Positions 31,523 to 42,397 of a stretch of 64,000 nucleotides of DNA are shown here, piece after piece. Position numbers and translations under genes: made by a program. The stretch is taken from positions 1,632,001 to 1,696,000 of the forward strand of contig CAVYGN010000002.1 of assembly GCA_963768055.1 (NCBI GenBank). The letters run 5' to 3'. This DNA is from an uncultured Spirochaetota bacterium (GTDB lineage: Bacteria > Spirochaetota > Brevinematia > Brevinematales > JAOACQ01). Under the pieces are notes generated by a model. That model did not search any database. It saw only the letters and a list, made by a program, of their open reading frames with translations, and had not been told where the DNA came from. The stretch's first letter is position 1, and each line of letters begins with the position of its first letter.

Positions 31523-31574
31523 TTGAGATCACAATTTGTGATCTCAAGTTTGAGGTGCCAATTTGGCACCTCAA
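31523..31574. repeat. Two tandem 25-bp palindromes
   Basis: TTGAGATCACAA-T-TTGTGATCTCAA and TTGAGGTGCCAA-T-TTGGCACCTCAA, 27-bp period. Confidence 0.8.
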
Positions 31575-31745
31575 ACTCAATTTTTAAAAGGAGTCATTTC
31601 CAGAATCCTTGCCATATTTTCTGCAATTACTTCTATGTCTTTATCTGTTGCTTTATTTGCCATAAATTATTATCTCCTTGCCGTATCTCCGTCCCTCGGG
31701 CGATTCCAAGGTGGCTCCCGGACCTCTCCTAATATTACCAAAATT

Positions 31746-32597
31746 TTATTTGTCTTTGATGTCGAGAACATCAATTTCGGGAATTTCAATATCAATAGAA
31801 CCGAAATGATGATCCCATTTTTTAATATCGGGGTGATTTTTATCATTTGTTGAAAATACAGGTGTTGCTGATTCATCTTGTCCAGGATTAATCCTTAAAA
31901 TAGTTATAAAACTACTTTTCCCATATTTGTTACTTAGTTTGTTCCACTTATTACTTAAATACCAAGCCGATCCTGATGTACCACATTCTCCGATTCCAGT
32001 ACAAAGGAACCATTGTCTATTAGGGAACTGGATTGGGTGTATTTTTATTATTAATCCATAATTATACTTTGAATCATCGCGCATAATATCAATAGTTTCA
32101 CCACTGATTTTTGATTTAATATCATCGCCATCAAAGGTAATTAACTCGCAAGCATCATTCTCTAAAATATCTTCGGATTTAAAATTACCGGCCGGTCCCC
32201 TAAGAGTTATAAATGAGATATCAACTTTTGATTTTATCTCATAATCATTAGTAATTTTAGGCGTTTTTTTTATATGCTTACTAAAACTTTCTACCAGGTA
32301 TTTAGTAGCTCTTAACTCGGCTGCACTTACAGGGGTTATATTAAATCCTATTGAGTTATCTCGATCAATTTTAATAATTGGATAAGGTACAGATTCTCCT
32401 TTCGAATTAAACAAATCATCTCTTAATTTAAATTCTCCATATACTAAGTAATAATCATTAAAAGGTAATTTCACCCCAAAAAAATTTTTATACTTCCTTT
32501 TTACCCAATTATCCTTAATCAGATAAATAAACGCAACACAAGGAATAGTAAGAATACCACCAATAATATTAAATAATATATTTATTATTCCATCCAT
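31746..32597 (-). CDS. Hypothetical protein with N-terminal TM anchor
   Basis: 283-aa ORF with AAGGAG RBS. Confidence 0.65.
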   Translation of the reverse strand: MDGIINILFNIIGGILTIPCVAFIYLIKDNWVKRKYKNFFGVKLPFNDYYLVYGEFKLRDDLFNSKGESVPYPIIKIDRDNSIGFNITPVSAAELRATKYLVESFSKHIKKTPKITNDYEIKSKVDISFITLRGPAGNFKSEDILENDACELITFDGDDIKSKISGETIDIMRDDSKYNYGLIIKIHPIQFPNRQWFLCTGIGECGTSGSAWYLSNKWNKLSNKYGKSSFITILRINPGQDESATPVFSTNDKNHPDIKKWDHHFGSIDIEIPEIDVLDIKDK

Positions 32598-32609
32598 TAC
32601 TGGCTCCTT

Positions 32610-32912
32610 TTATTTTATATACCTTGTCCCGGAGGAAAAAAGCCGGTTATTCCTGGTCCTTACAGTCTGCCGATCGATCCTGTAACCGTGGCGCTCCATA
32701 ACCTCGCGAGCATACTTGCCGATTTGCTGTTTTATAGGATCTTCTTTAACTTCGTTCCCGTATTTTGATAAAAGGGTTTCGGTGAGGCCCTCGACGGCTA
32801 CGAGCCGACTGAGTGTAGAAGATTCCATAAGTTTAAAAGCTTCTGACGAGTTGATAAATTTTGATAATTCATGTAGCAGAGTTTCTCTTTCCATTTCCAA
32901 CCTCATTATCAC
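32610..32912 (-). CDS. Hypothetical protein
   Basis: ~100-aa ORF directly upstream of the previous gene; true start probably the MERE Met. Confidence 0.55.
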   Translation of the reverse strand: MIMRLEMERETLLHELSKFINSSEAFKLMESSTLSRLVAVEGLTETLLSKYGNEVKEDPIKQQIGKYAREVMERHGYRIDRQTVRTRNNRLFSSGTRYIK

Positions 32913-33484
32913 ATGTTTATTATGACATGTATTATGTTACATGTCAATACTTTTAAAATTATATTTATTTTAAATTTAAGCATTTATTTGTCTTTCCTCT
33001 TAATTTGATCCGGATGATGCATCGATTCGCCGATCGCAGCGACCGCCGTAAAATAGCAGTTTATTCGGGGAAACATTTGATTTTTAAGGGTTATTATAAA
33101 ATAGGTCTCAAAATCCTCAACGTGAGGCCTTCCGCTGACCCCCGGTGAGGGGGGGTTATCCATCCGGATAATCCAGAGCCTGGCCGCTGGCTGTAGCCTG
33201 GCAAGAACCAGGTCGGCCAGGCTGAGGAACTGGGGGAAAAACACGTTAGACGAAAGGTTTGCAAATTATTGATTGGATTCATATAATTTTGTTAATTGGA
33301 TTGTATAATACCAATGAGAAAAAGGGAATAGAAAGGCAGAAGCGGTTTTTGAACCTGCCGCCGGATTCCCCCGAGTGCATGGCGGTCAGGGAAGAGGCGG
33401 AGAAGTCACTGAGGGAAGCCAGGGAGAAGATGGAGAAGGGGGAGGAGTTGTTTTAGGTGTATAAAATAATGAAGGAGAGTAATT

Positions 33485-33920
33485 TTGGATAAAATACTAC
33501 AGACAGAAAAAAAAGTTTGGTTTAAAAAGAATTTGCTTGGAATAGTCGGTATAATAGGTACTATACTATTTGGCATTTTGTCTGTAATATTTTATTCAGA
33601 AAGTATTAAAAACAGAGAATTAATATTTGTTTACGATATCGATAAAACCATTTTATTTAATTCAAAAATTATAAGTATGGCACCTATAAAATTAATAAAT
33701 AAAAATGATAATAAAGAAATAAGTAGTGATTTAATTATTGTTAAATTTTATATGTGGAATGGCGGAAAAGAATCTATAAAAACTGAAAATATATTAAAAG
33801 ATGTAACGATAAATATTGATGATAATAAATCTGAGATTTTAGACTTTAATCTATTATCGTTTACACGAGATGAATGTAATATCCAGTTAATTAAAAAAGA
33901 TAAGAACTCTTTATTAATTA
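33485..33920 (+). pseudogene. 5' half of a membrane protein gene interrupted by the IS1595 transposon
   Basis: Removing 33921..38707 rejoins this part in frame with 38708..39156. Confidence 0.8.
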
Positions 33921-33974
33921 TATGCCTATCCCCTTGTTGCATAAATTCCTTTACTCTTGAGTAAGGGTATATTT

Positions 33975-34820
33975 CTAATTTATCCAAATTTTATAATCAA
34001 TCATTGGAAATACCCTTTTGATATTAGCCAGCGCAATTAATCTTCCTACAGATGTTAAATTTAATCCCATATAACCATGTTTGATAAAATTGTTGATTAA
34101 AAAATAGTAAGAAGGTGCTTTATTTTTAATATCTTCTAAAATCACATCATTCGCAATATTATTATAAAATCCATAATTCGATCTTATTATACTGTAAATA
34201 TCTTTTTTAATAATTGATTGAACAATTAATACACCGATATAAGTTAAATGCAAAATATTGACTTCAGATATATCAAAAGATATTTTTGATAATTCAATAA
34301 TATTCTTACTGGCTTCTTCAGTTTGAGAAATATCTTCAATATTCTGCAATACAATATAATTGATATAATGCAAGAATGTAAGAAATGCAATATGTTCTTT
34401 TGTGAGTTTTGATGTAACAATTAAGGCTTCACCGGCCACTGTTTCTAAAATATCCGAAGTTGATTTATTCACTATTGTTATTATTAGTTCTGATAATATT
34501 TCTAAATCTATTTTTTCTCCTTTTCTAGCGGATAGTTTAATAGACTCATTTAATAAAAATTGTATATTTGGATCTTGAAATTTCTTTTCATCTATTTGAT
34601 CAGAAGAACTTTTCATTTTTTCTATTAAAATATTAACATATTTTTCGAGATTAATTTGAGCTTCTTTTGATGCCTCTTGGACAAGCTGAGGAAAATTCAT
34701 CTTAAATAAATCATAAAATATTTCTCTGACCTGAGAATAGTTTAAACCGATATTGACATCTCTCTTTGCTTGAATAACTTCAGAAGAATCACCTACTGTT
34801 AACTTTTGTTCACTCCTCAT
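33975..34820 (-). CDS. LPO_1073/Vpar_1526-like hypothetical protein
   Basis: QAKRDVNIGLNYSQVREIFYDLFKMNFPQL...FQDPNIQF...LTSVGRLIALAN pattern, recognised by eye. Confidence 0.6.
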   Translation of the reverse strand: MRSEQKLTVGDSSEVIQAKRDVNIGLNYSQVREIFYDLFKMNFPQLVQEASKEAQINLEKYVNILIEKMKSSSDQIDEKKFQDPNIQFLLNESIKLSARKGEKIDLEILSELIITIVNKSTSDILETVAGEALIVTSKLTKEHIAFLTFLHYINYIVLQNIEDISQTEEASKNIIELSKISFDISEVNILHLTYIGVLIVQSIIKKDIYSIIRSNYGFYNNIANDVILEDIKNKAPSYYFLINNFIKHGYMGLNLTSVGRLIALANIKRVFPMIDYKIWIN

Positions 34821-34822
34821 AT

Positions 34823-35014
34823 TTATTTGCGCCCTTTATTAATATTAACATTACGTCCAGCCTGGATAGCTGTTGAATTATTTCCAACAGTTTGAATTTG
34901 AGATTTTTTCATTATCTTCTTGTAAAGTAACAAGCCAATAATAAAAACACCTATACCTGAAAAAAACCATTGATAGTTTTGCTTAAGAATTTTAATAATA
35001 ATATCCATATCCAA
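34823..35014 (-). CDS. Small membrane-anchored protein
   Basis: NYQWFFSGIGVFII TM segment, then QTVGNNSTAIQAGRNVNI, which resembles the N-terminus of the next gene. Confidence 0.6.
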   Translation of the reverse strand: MDMDIIIKILKQNYQWFFSGIGVFIIGLLLYKKIMKKSQIQTVGNNSTAIQAGRNVNINKGRK

Positions 35015-35076
35015 ACCCCGTGAATTTATTAATCATTTATAAATTCCTATGAATGAATTTAACTATACAAAAGATT

Positions 35077-37701
35077 TTATTCATCTCCTTGAATATCTTC
35101 ATCGATCTCTGTTCCTGGCCATTCTAGTCCAAAAATCGGTGAATTTAAAATTGGCTTTCTGTCTTTTTCACTTCCTATTTTATTCCAAGCTTTAAGAGAT
35201 TCGACTTGAAAATTAAACCATATTTTTACATTATTAGTTGTTTCAATTGCTTTTATTTGATCAAATGGTAGTAAAACATTAGAGATTTGATCGTCAGTTA
35301 ATTTTCCATAACTTGTGCCACCTGATTCGGTCCAGAATTGTAGGCGAATTGTCTCTGATCTTAGTGTGGCAAATAGCCATTCAGAAGTATATCTTTTGTT
35401 ACTATCTTTCTTAAGCCTAACTATAGTGATACCATCAGGCGACCCTATAAGGTTTTCTGATTCAGAAATAAGTATCCCAACATTCCGGCGTTCAGGTCTT
35501 ACTAGTCCAATAATGATGTCACCAAATACCAATTTATAAACATACCGCCCTTTTCGCTCTTCAATAATCCAACCATGCGCTGCTTCTTGCGCTACCACAA
35601 CACCATCAACAGCACGAATATCTTGTCCTTCAACAAGTTGCCACATATTTGATTTCAATTTTTGGTCCCCAATATCTAAAGTGTCTGTTAGTATATCAGC
35701 AATATCGCCCAGTCTTATGTGATCACCAGCTTTAATAAGATTAATATTAGACAATGCATTTGGGCACAATCTTCGAGGTTTAATATCTAAATTATTATGA
35801 AAAATAACATTAGAAATTCTGCCACCAATCCATCCTTTTTTACAAGCGGCAACTTGATCACTTATATTATTGCCAAATTTAAAATATTTAGCAAATTCAG
35901 AATTTCTTTGTTTAACATTAATGAAATCAGTATCTATTACAATGTTGTTATCATCATCTAGTAAAAATGAACCTGTACTTTTTTCTCTCTTCGGCAGTTT
36001 ACTAAATCCAGCCCCCATTTTGTAACCAACTTTTCGAACAAGCTCAGCATGAATGGGGTAGTCGGCTTTAATTAATTTCTTTATGTCATTGGAAGAATAT
36101 TTTTCAAGGACAAGAATAGCAGAACGCAAATCAGCATCAGATTTTAGAAATATTCTCCTCGGTAGTTCAATTAAAGATATAATACGAACATTTTCTATTA
36201 ACCACTGGCGAACATATCCATACGAAGTTGTACTAAGATACCCTTCTGGTAAAATGATTGCCATACGTCCACCATAGCTTAATAATTTCAAACATCTTTC
36301 TAAAAATAATATACCAAGCTGTTGTTTTTGATGCACTTTATCTGTCTTTTCCCATTTTGATTTTGTATAATTCCAAACATGACCAAGATCATAATGTTGT
36401 AATACTTCAACTCTATTCTCAACACTATTTTCTCCAAAAGGCGGATTACATAATGCAACATCTATTTCTTCATTCCATTTTTCAGACTCTTTAATTGAAT
36501 CTTCACACAATAATCCTGTTTGTCCATCTTTATGGAGTATCATATTTATTATAGCAAGATCATAAGCCATGGGGTCAATATCCATACCGAACAAACGTTT
36601 GTCTATGTCTTGATCACCTTCTGCCAGTCTATAATTTAAGGCGGCCGTAAGAAAGTCAGCAGTTCCCATTCCAGGATCAGCAATCTTATCGTTAGGACCA
36701 ATACGAACCATGCTAATGATACAATCAATAAGACTTTTCGGGGTAAAATATTGATCTAGATTTTTTTTAAAAACTACTGGGACAAAAGACATGAATAATT
36801 GTTGCATCATTTCACTTGTTGCAAGACTAAAATGAATACCTTGAATTTTCTTGATAATATCTCTTAGAGTAAGATCATCAAGTTCGGATATAAAGCCATG
36901 AGAATATAGGGTTTTAGCATTGGAATAACGTTTTGCGGAAATATTATAAATGTTATCAACTCTTTTACGAAAATCTTTATCAGCTCCAGGTCTAACCTGA
37001 AGAGATAATTCTTTCCCTTTCGCAGTTTTAGCTTGCCTTTCATCGCAGTATCTAGCTAAAATTAATTTAACGGTTTCTTTATACCTTATAGTTTCATCAT
37101 TAACACCATGTGAACGCATAATATTTGCAAGGGAGGTTAATACAGCTATAAGATTATCGGGGGATATCAATTGGTCAAATGTTATTGGACGTTCTTTGTA
37201 TGGAGACAAAAACTCAGGAAGATTCGATATATCATCTTCAATAATATCAATATTTCCATTATTTGTCTTTTTTATAAACAAAATTCTATTAACATCGTCC
37301 CAGTAAATACCATATGCAGATAAAGATGGTAATTGATTTAATGCGGGTATCAATTGATGTTCAATACCAGTATATTTCTTACGGGAATCTCTCTTAATTT
37401 CTGCTACTAAAACAGCATATTTCAATCGTTCAGATAGTTCTTTAATACCTTCAATTTCATTTACAGGTTTTGAATAAACAATAAGATCACAGCGCAATTT
37501 ATTACGTTGATTCTCACCCAACTTTTTAATTACAACTGTTTCAACAGCAATATGTTTTTTTAAGTATTTTCTTTTTATCAAATATTTTATTAACTCTATT
37601 CGCCTTGCTTCTTCAGTAAGTGTCAATTCATCTTTTGCTAAAAGTGATTGGTCTAGCTGTCCTCTTATTGGACATTTAAGTTTAATATTTAATGTTTCCA
37701 C
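35077..37701 (-). CDS. Single-chain type IIG-like restriction-modification enzyme (REase + N6-adenine MTase + TRD)
   Basis: N-terminal RCDLIVY...VAEIK nuclease motif, QYFTP, DPGMGTADF, CNPPFG, C-terminal specificity-like domain. Confidence 0.85.
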   Translation of the reverse strand: METLNIKLKCPIRGQLDQSLLAKDELTLTEEARRIELIKYLIKRKYLKKHIAVETVVIKKLGENQRNKLRCDLIVYSKPVNEIEGIKELSERLKYAVLVAEIKRDSRKKYTGIEHQLIPALNQLPSLSAYGIYWDDVNRILFIKKTNNGNIDIIEDDISNLPEFLSPYKERPITFDQLISPDNLIAVLTSLANIMRSHGVNDETIRYKETVKLILARYCDERQAKTAKGKELSLQVRPGADKDFRKRVDNIYNISAKRYSNAKTLYSHGFISELDDLTLRDIIKKIQGIHFSLATSEMMQQLFMSFVPVVFKKNLDQYFTPKSLIDCIISMVRIGPNDKIADPGMGTADFLTAALNYRLAEGDQDIDKRLFGMDIDPMAYDLAIINMILHKDGQTGLLCEDSIKESEKWNEEIDVALCNPPFGENSVENRVEVLQHYDLGHVWNYTKSKWEKTDKVHQKQQLGILFLERCLKLLSYGGRMAIILPEGYLSTTSYGYVRQWLIENVRIISLIELPRRIFLKSDADLRSAILVLEKYSSNDIKKLIKADYPIHAELVRKVGYKMGAGFSKLPKREKSTGSFLLDDDNNIVIDTDFINVKQRNSEFAKYFKFGNNISDQVAACKKGWIGGRISNVIFHNNLDIKPRRLCPNALSNINLIKAGDHIRLGDIADILTDTLDIGDQKLKSNMWQLVEGQDIRAVDGVVVAQEAAHGWIIEERKGRYVYKLVFGDIIIGLVRPERRNVGILISESENLIGSPDGITIVRLKKDSNKRYTSEWLFATLRSETIRLQFWTESGGTSYGKLTDDQISNVLLPFDQIKAIETTNNVKIWFNFQVESLKAWNKIGSEKDRKPILNSPIFGLEWPGTEIDEDIQGDE

Positions 37702-37731
37702 AGACAGACCACCTTAAATTATAAAAATAGC

Positions 37732-38616
37732 TTATTTACATAAATCTTTATAAGTAATGGTATTACAACATGCACAAGCTCCTAAAAGCCTGTTGAATAA
37801 TTGACCTTCCCAAAATCTTCTGTTGAATCTATAACAAAAAGCATCAAGATATCTTTGAAGATGTTCATCACAAGCTCCATGAAAGGTACCTTTAATATAT
37901 GCTTTAGCGTTAGAAATTATTATATGTACCCATTTCATTATGTAATCAACAGTCTCATGATTATAACCTATTGATGACAAATTGTTAAATGAACGATACC
38001 CATCTGTTTTTAAAATTGATTCTAATTTTATGTTTGACAATATTTCCTTTGAAACTGTTTTTTCTTTTACATTATTGATAACATTCATTTTTGCAAATTC
38101 TGGTCTACCATCTTCAGTTGTAGATACTTGAACTAGAACTTTAGCTTTTTGAGACCCTCTACCTCTTTTATTGTCTTCGTCTTTTCCTCCGAAGAAAGCA
38201 TCGTCGATTTCAACGAGCCCGGCAAGCTGATAATTAGCATCCCTAGTTTTCATAGCATTTCTTATTTTATGTAACATTAACCATGCTGTTTTATACGTAA
38301 CTTTAATATGTTTTTTAAGCGGAAGCGCCGCGATTCCGCCTTTATCTCTTGAATCAAGATATATAGCCCAAAACCATTTTACAAGAGATGTTCTACTTTT
38401 ATGTATAATGGTTCCGGCTGTAACCGATGTTCTATGATGGCAAATTTTGCATTCATATTGTTTTCTGTTCTTAATCTCATAATATTCTTTATTTCCACAC
38501 TTTGGACAAATATATCCATCAGGCCACTTTTGTTTAAAGAGGTATTTTCGACATTTCTCTGCTGTATTAAACCTTTGTTGGAAAGTTAATAATGACAATT
38601 CTTCCTTTTGAGCCGT
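37732..38616 (-). CDS. IS1595 (ISXO2-like) transposase; likely native start codon is ACG
   Basis: Zn ribbon CPKC...CKIC, VEIDDAF, TDGY, YLDAFCYRFNRR. AAGGAG-N6-ACG at 38616 is in frame. Confidence 0.9.
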   Translation of the reverse strand, partial: TAQKEELSLLTFQQRFNTAEKCRKYLFKQKWPDGYICPKCGNKEYYEIKNRKQYECKICHHRTSVTAGTIIHKSRTSLVKWFWAIYLDSRDKGGIAALPLKKHIKVTYKTAWLMLHKIRNAMKTRDANYQLAGLVEIDDAFFGGKDEDNKRGRGSQKAKVLVQVSTTEDGRPEFAKMNVINNVKEKTVSKEILSNIKLESILKTDGYRSFNNLSSIGYNHETVDYIMKWVHIIISNAKAYIKGTFHGACDEHLQRYLDAFCYRFNRRFWEGQLFNRLLGACACCNTITYKDLCK

Positions 38617-38707
38617 TTATTACTCCTTATTTCATTCGAATAATTGTATTAAATATATAGAATTATGTCAACAAATTATGCAATATGGGGATAGGCATAA
38701 TTAATTA

Positions 38708-39156
38708 AATTCCGTATACTAGAATTTAATGACGGGGCATCTTTTCAAGTTGTTTATCAAGGGAATCCCAACGCAAATATAAAAATAAATGGTTCAATTG
38801 AAGGACTAAAGAAAATATTAACAAATAATGAATTATTAAAAAGGGCGGCAACTAATGAATTAATTTTAATTATTGTTATATTTTTGGTAATATTTATTGT
38901 TTTCTTATTACTCCTTTTAATAGGTCCAAAAGAGCTCAAAAATCGGTTAACAATAATGATTGTTCCTCATTCTGAGAAAAAAATATTAAACATCCAAATA
39001 TCAAATTTGGTTCTAATCATGTTTTCTTTTACATTACTGATAACTATTGCTTTATCAATATATTCAATTATTGATACAAATAAATTAATACAGATGAGTA
39101 ATAAATACAAAAATACAATTCAAAATGAATTACCAAATATATTTATCTCAAAATAA
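38708..39156 (+). pseudogene. 3' half of the interrupted membrane protein gene
   Basis: FRILEFNDGASFQVVYQG...GSIEG continues in frame into ORF 38884..39156. Confidence 0.8.
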
Positions 39157-39479
39157 GTAAAATAAAGACCTTGATATAAAATCTTGCCATGTTATTAACA
39201 TATTAAAAACGGTAGGGCAAGATTTTATTAAAAACATGCCTTAAAATGGTCAACGTGGGACTGTCTTTTTTCCCTCGTGGGGGGGATTCATTCGTCCGGA
39301 TGCTCCCCGCCGATCTGCCTGAAGCCTGGCGAGTTCCAGGGAGATATCTCCCTGGTTGGTGAACAGTCACACTGGTGCGGCATTTTCAAACCAGGCTGAG
39401 GAGTTGGTCGGGATCTTCCGGGCGGCAGTCGCCGGAATCCGGCGTGCTTGTCCCCGGTTAGTGGGGCTGATCTGCAGAC

Positions 39480-40158
39480 TGTCGGAAAATAGAGCCAGTC
39501 ATGGTTATGCGTCAGTATCCTTTTTTGATCCAGCATACCTAAGTCCGCTGGGCGGAAGCAATGATATGGCACTGCTCGCATCGCCTTATTTTTCAGCAGA
39601 CGGTATGAATGAATACGGTATGATTGCAGCTGCACTTAGTCTTCCCCAGGAAGATTCTCCTTTTGATACAAACAAGATAACAATACATGCGCTTTTTGTT
39701 GTCCGCCTTGTCCTTGATTATGCCAAGACAGTCAACGAAGCGGTCGATTTGCTTAAAAAGTACAATATTTCATTCAATTCATTCAAAGATATATCTGTGG
39801 GAGCACATTATATTTTATCCGACAGGACTGGAAATTCTGTTATTATTGAATTTGTTAATCACGATATGAAAGTCATAAGAAGTAAAAAACCCTGGCAAGC
39901 CGTCACGAATTTCAAAATGTTCGGTTTTACAGATGATTCAAGCATGGATTGGCGGTACAAACAGTTTCTGACAAACTCTCGCCATTGAACGGGATTATTC
40001 CAACGGAAAATGCGATGAGTTTATTACATTCAGTCTCCCAGGGGGATCCTTTATCGAAATATGTTCATACTATGTGGTCCACTGTATATAATCAATCTAC
40101 CGGCGAAGTAAAGGTTGCCATAGATGAAAATTATGCGATATTAATACTTTTTATCTGA
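39480..40158 (+). pseudogene. Linear amide C-N hydrolase (choloylglycine hydrolase/Ntn family) remnant
   Basis: DGMNEYG, RLVLDYAKTVNEAV, HYILSD, VTNF, TMWSTVYN; 5' end missing; frameshift near 39960. Confidence 0.75.
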
Positions 40159-40571
40159 AAATGAAGCCATAAAAAGAGGTTTGCCTGTTAAAATGCGTTA
40201 TAGAATCCTCAGGCAGACCTTCAGGGCCTCAAAAACGCCCTCTATAAGCCTCTCTTTTCCTCTTTCATGGACTAATTTAGCTGACGGGGTATTTTCCGGG
40301 GTTTAGATTGTTTTTCTACTTTGCCCCTGGTGACAGCTTCGCTACCATAGGGCCAAAAAGAATGGATTTTACTGTTTTTCAGTCTGTCTTAAACTGGAAA
40401 GAGACGGAATTTATGTTGACTTGTCCTGATAAAGTTGATAAAATATTGGTAGAATGTATTGGAACTCGGATTTTTGGAGTTTCAATATGCTAAATGGGAA
40501 ATCCCGACTTAACAATTTGATCAAAGAATGGGTAACATACCATTTTGTGTCATTTGTAAAAGAGGTATCAT

Positions 40572-42347
40572 GTGATAGAGTTAAGAGAATGTTGTTTTAA
40601 AACAATTCCAGAAAATGGCAAGAGATTAATTTGGGAAATTACTCATGAATGTAAATTTAATTGTGATTACTGTTTTCAAGAAAAAAAAAGAAAAGATAAT
40701 TTACAAAGAGTTTTAAATATGACTGACTTATTTGCAATCTGTAATAAATTAAAAGAACTAGAAATAAATGATGTATTATTAACTGGCGGTGAAATATTCT
40801 TTAGTAAAGATATTTTAAATGAGTTATGTTCCAATTTAAAGGAGCAAAATATTACTTTATCTTTCTCAACTGCATTTATTTCTAAGAAAGACTTTATCAA
40901 TCAGTTATTTTCTTACAAACCTAAATCATTAAATATTAGCTTTGATCCAGAATATATTGGAGGCACAAAACTTTATAAAAATAATTTAAAAGATGTTGAA
41001 TATATACTTCAAATGGCAGAATTGAATGACATTTCAATAAAGATAACAGGAATAATTAATAAAGGTAATTTTAAAAATTATGATAATTATGTTAAAGATA
41101 TAACTATTCTTATTGATAAGTATAAATATTTATCTTCTGTATATCTTACAAATCCTTATGATATTGGATATTTGAAAATGAGTTTACGTGTTAGTTATGA
41201 TAAACAAAAAAAGATATATGATGATGTTATTAAATTAGAGAATAATAAAATAAAATTAGTTAATTTCCCAAGATTCAATAGTAGATTACAAAAATGTCAA
41301 GCTGCAAAATATTATATTCATATGGAACCTAATGGTAATATTTATCCTTGTCACTTGTTTGCAAACTATAATAAGGATGTTTTTTTTATGGGTAATATAC
41401 TAAATGATTCTATTAAAGATATTGCTACAAATTTAAACATGTTTCAAAATCAAATTGATGATTCAATAAATGATTATAAAAAAGAATTTCCAGAATGTAT
41501 AGAATGTAAATCTAAAGCTGATTGTTATGGAGGATGCCTTGCTGAAGTAATTTCAATTGGACAATTAATAGAACCACAATTTGTGTGTAAGAATATACCT
41601 TACCCTAAAAATGAATACTATAAACCTCCAGAAGAAAATTTCTTAAATTTTCAAGATACTCCTTCTGATTTATTACAAAGTGAGCTTTCTATTATTGATG
41701 AATATATAAGGAGTAATATTAGAAAACAGCAGCATGACCTCGCACATGGCTATGACCATATAAAAAGTGTAGTAAAATTGTCTCGTTTTTTAGCACAAGA
41801 AGAAGGAGCTAATCTTAGAATAGTAACAGCTGCAGCATATTTTCATGATTTTGCTCCAAGACGTAAATTGATTTTTGAAAGTCACACAAAACTATCCGCT
41901 AATTTAGCAGTAGATTTTTTAAAAAGAAAAGGATTTAATGACAATGAATTAAAAGAAATATATTTATGTATTGATACTTCATCTTATGGAGCGTCGGAAC
42001 TTGGATTTTATCCGATGAGCTTAGAAGCAAAAATAGTTAGGGATGCAGATTGGTTAGATGCTATTGGTGCAAGAGGGATTGCCCGTGTTTTTGCATTTGG
42101 AGCAGCACATGGATGTGAAACCTTAGGTGAAGTAGAATGGGATATTGATGAACCAATAAAAAAGCGAATGAGTATGGTAGGTCCAGACCCATCACCCATA
42201 TATCATTTTTTTTCAAAATTATTATGGATTAAAGATAATATTATTACTGAATCAGGTAAAAAAATAGCAGAAATTCGACATAAACGATTGTGTGAATTTT
42301 TAAAAAATTATCAAAATGAGATGGATGAAAATAGTTTTATGATATAA
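40572..42347 (+). CDS. Radical SAM/SPASM-HD phosphohydrolase fusion
   Basis: CKFNCDYC, TGGE, GNIYPC, CIECKSKADCYGGC; then AHGYDH...FHD...RDADWLDAIGARGIAR...HFFSKLL (YedJ-like HD). Confidence 0.88.
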   Translation: MIELRECCFKTIPENGKRLIWEITHECKFNCDYCFQEKKRKDNLQRVLNMTDLFAICNKLKELEINDVLLTGGEIFFSKDILNELCSNLKEQNITLSFSTAFISKKDFINQLFSYKPKSLNISFDPEYIGGTKLYKNNLKDVEYILQMAELNDISIKITGIINKGNFKNYDNYVKDITILIDKYKYLSSVYLTNPYDIGYLKMSLRVSYDKQKKIYDDVIKLENNKIKLVNFPRFNSRLQKCQAAKYYIHMEPNGNIYPCHLFANYNKDVFFMGNILNDSIKDIATNLNMFQNQIDDSINDYKKEFPECIECKSKADCYGGCLAEVISIGQLIEPQFVCKNIPYPKNEYYKPPEENFLNFQDTPSDLLQSELSIIDEYIRSNIRKQQHDLAHGYDHIKSVVKLSRFLAQEEGANLRIVTAAAYFHDFAPRRKLIFESHTKLSANLAVDFLKRKGFNDNELKEIYLCIDTSSYGASELGFYPMSLEAKIVRDADWLDAIGARGIARVFAFGAAHGCETLGEVEWDIDEPIKKRMSMVGPDPSPIYHFFSKLLWIKDNIITESGKKIAEIRHKRLCEFLKNYQNEMDENSFMI

Positions 42348-42397
42348 GTGATTTTAGTTTTTGAAGTTTTCTTTGCATTAAAAGTTATATAAATTTA

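Larger units (their letters stand above)
33921..38699 (-). mobile_element. IS1595-family transposon with passenger genes (4.8 kb)
   Basis: 24-bp IRs with 22/24 match (TATGCCTATCCCCTTGTTGCATAA / TATGCCTATCCCCATATTGCATAA); 8-bp TSD ATTAATTA at 33913-33920 and 38700-38707. Confidence 0.92.

Noticed and set aside
30516..31574. Integron (IntI plus attC)
   Set aside because: No IntI-specific insertion is evident, and the palindromes are perfect, lacking attC R boxes and extrahelical bases.
40572..42347. Prokaryotic viperin
   Set aside because: It has a full SPASM domain and no viperin-type motifs that I could recognise.
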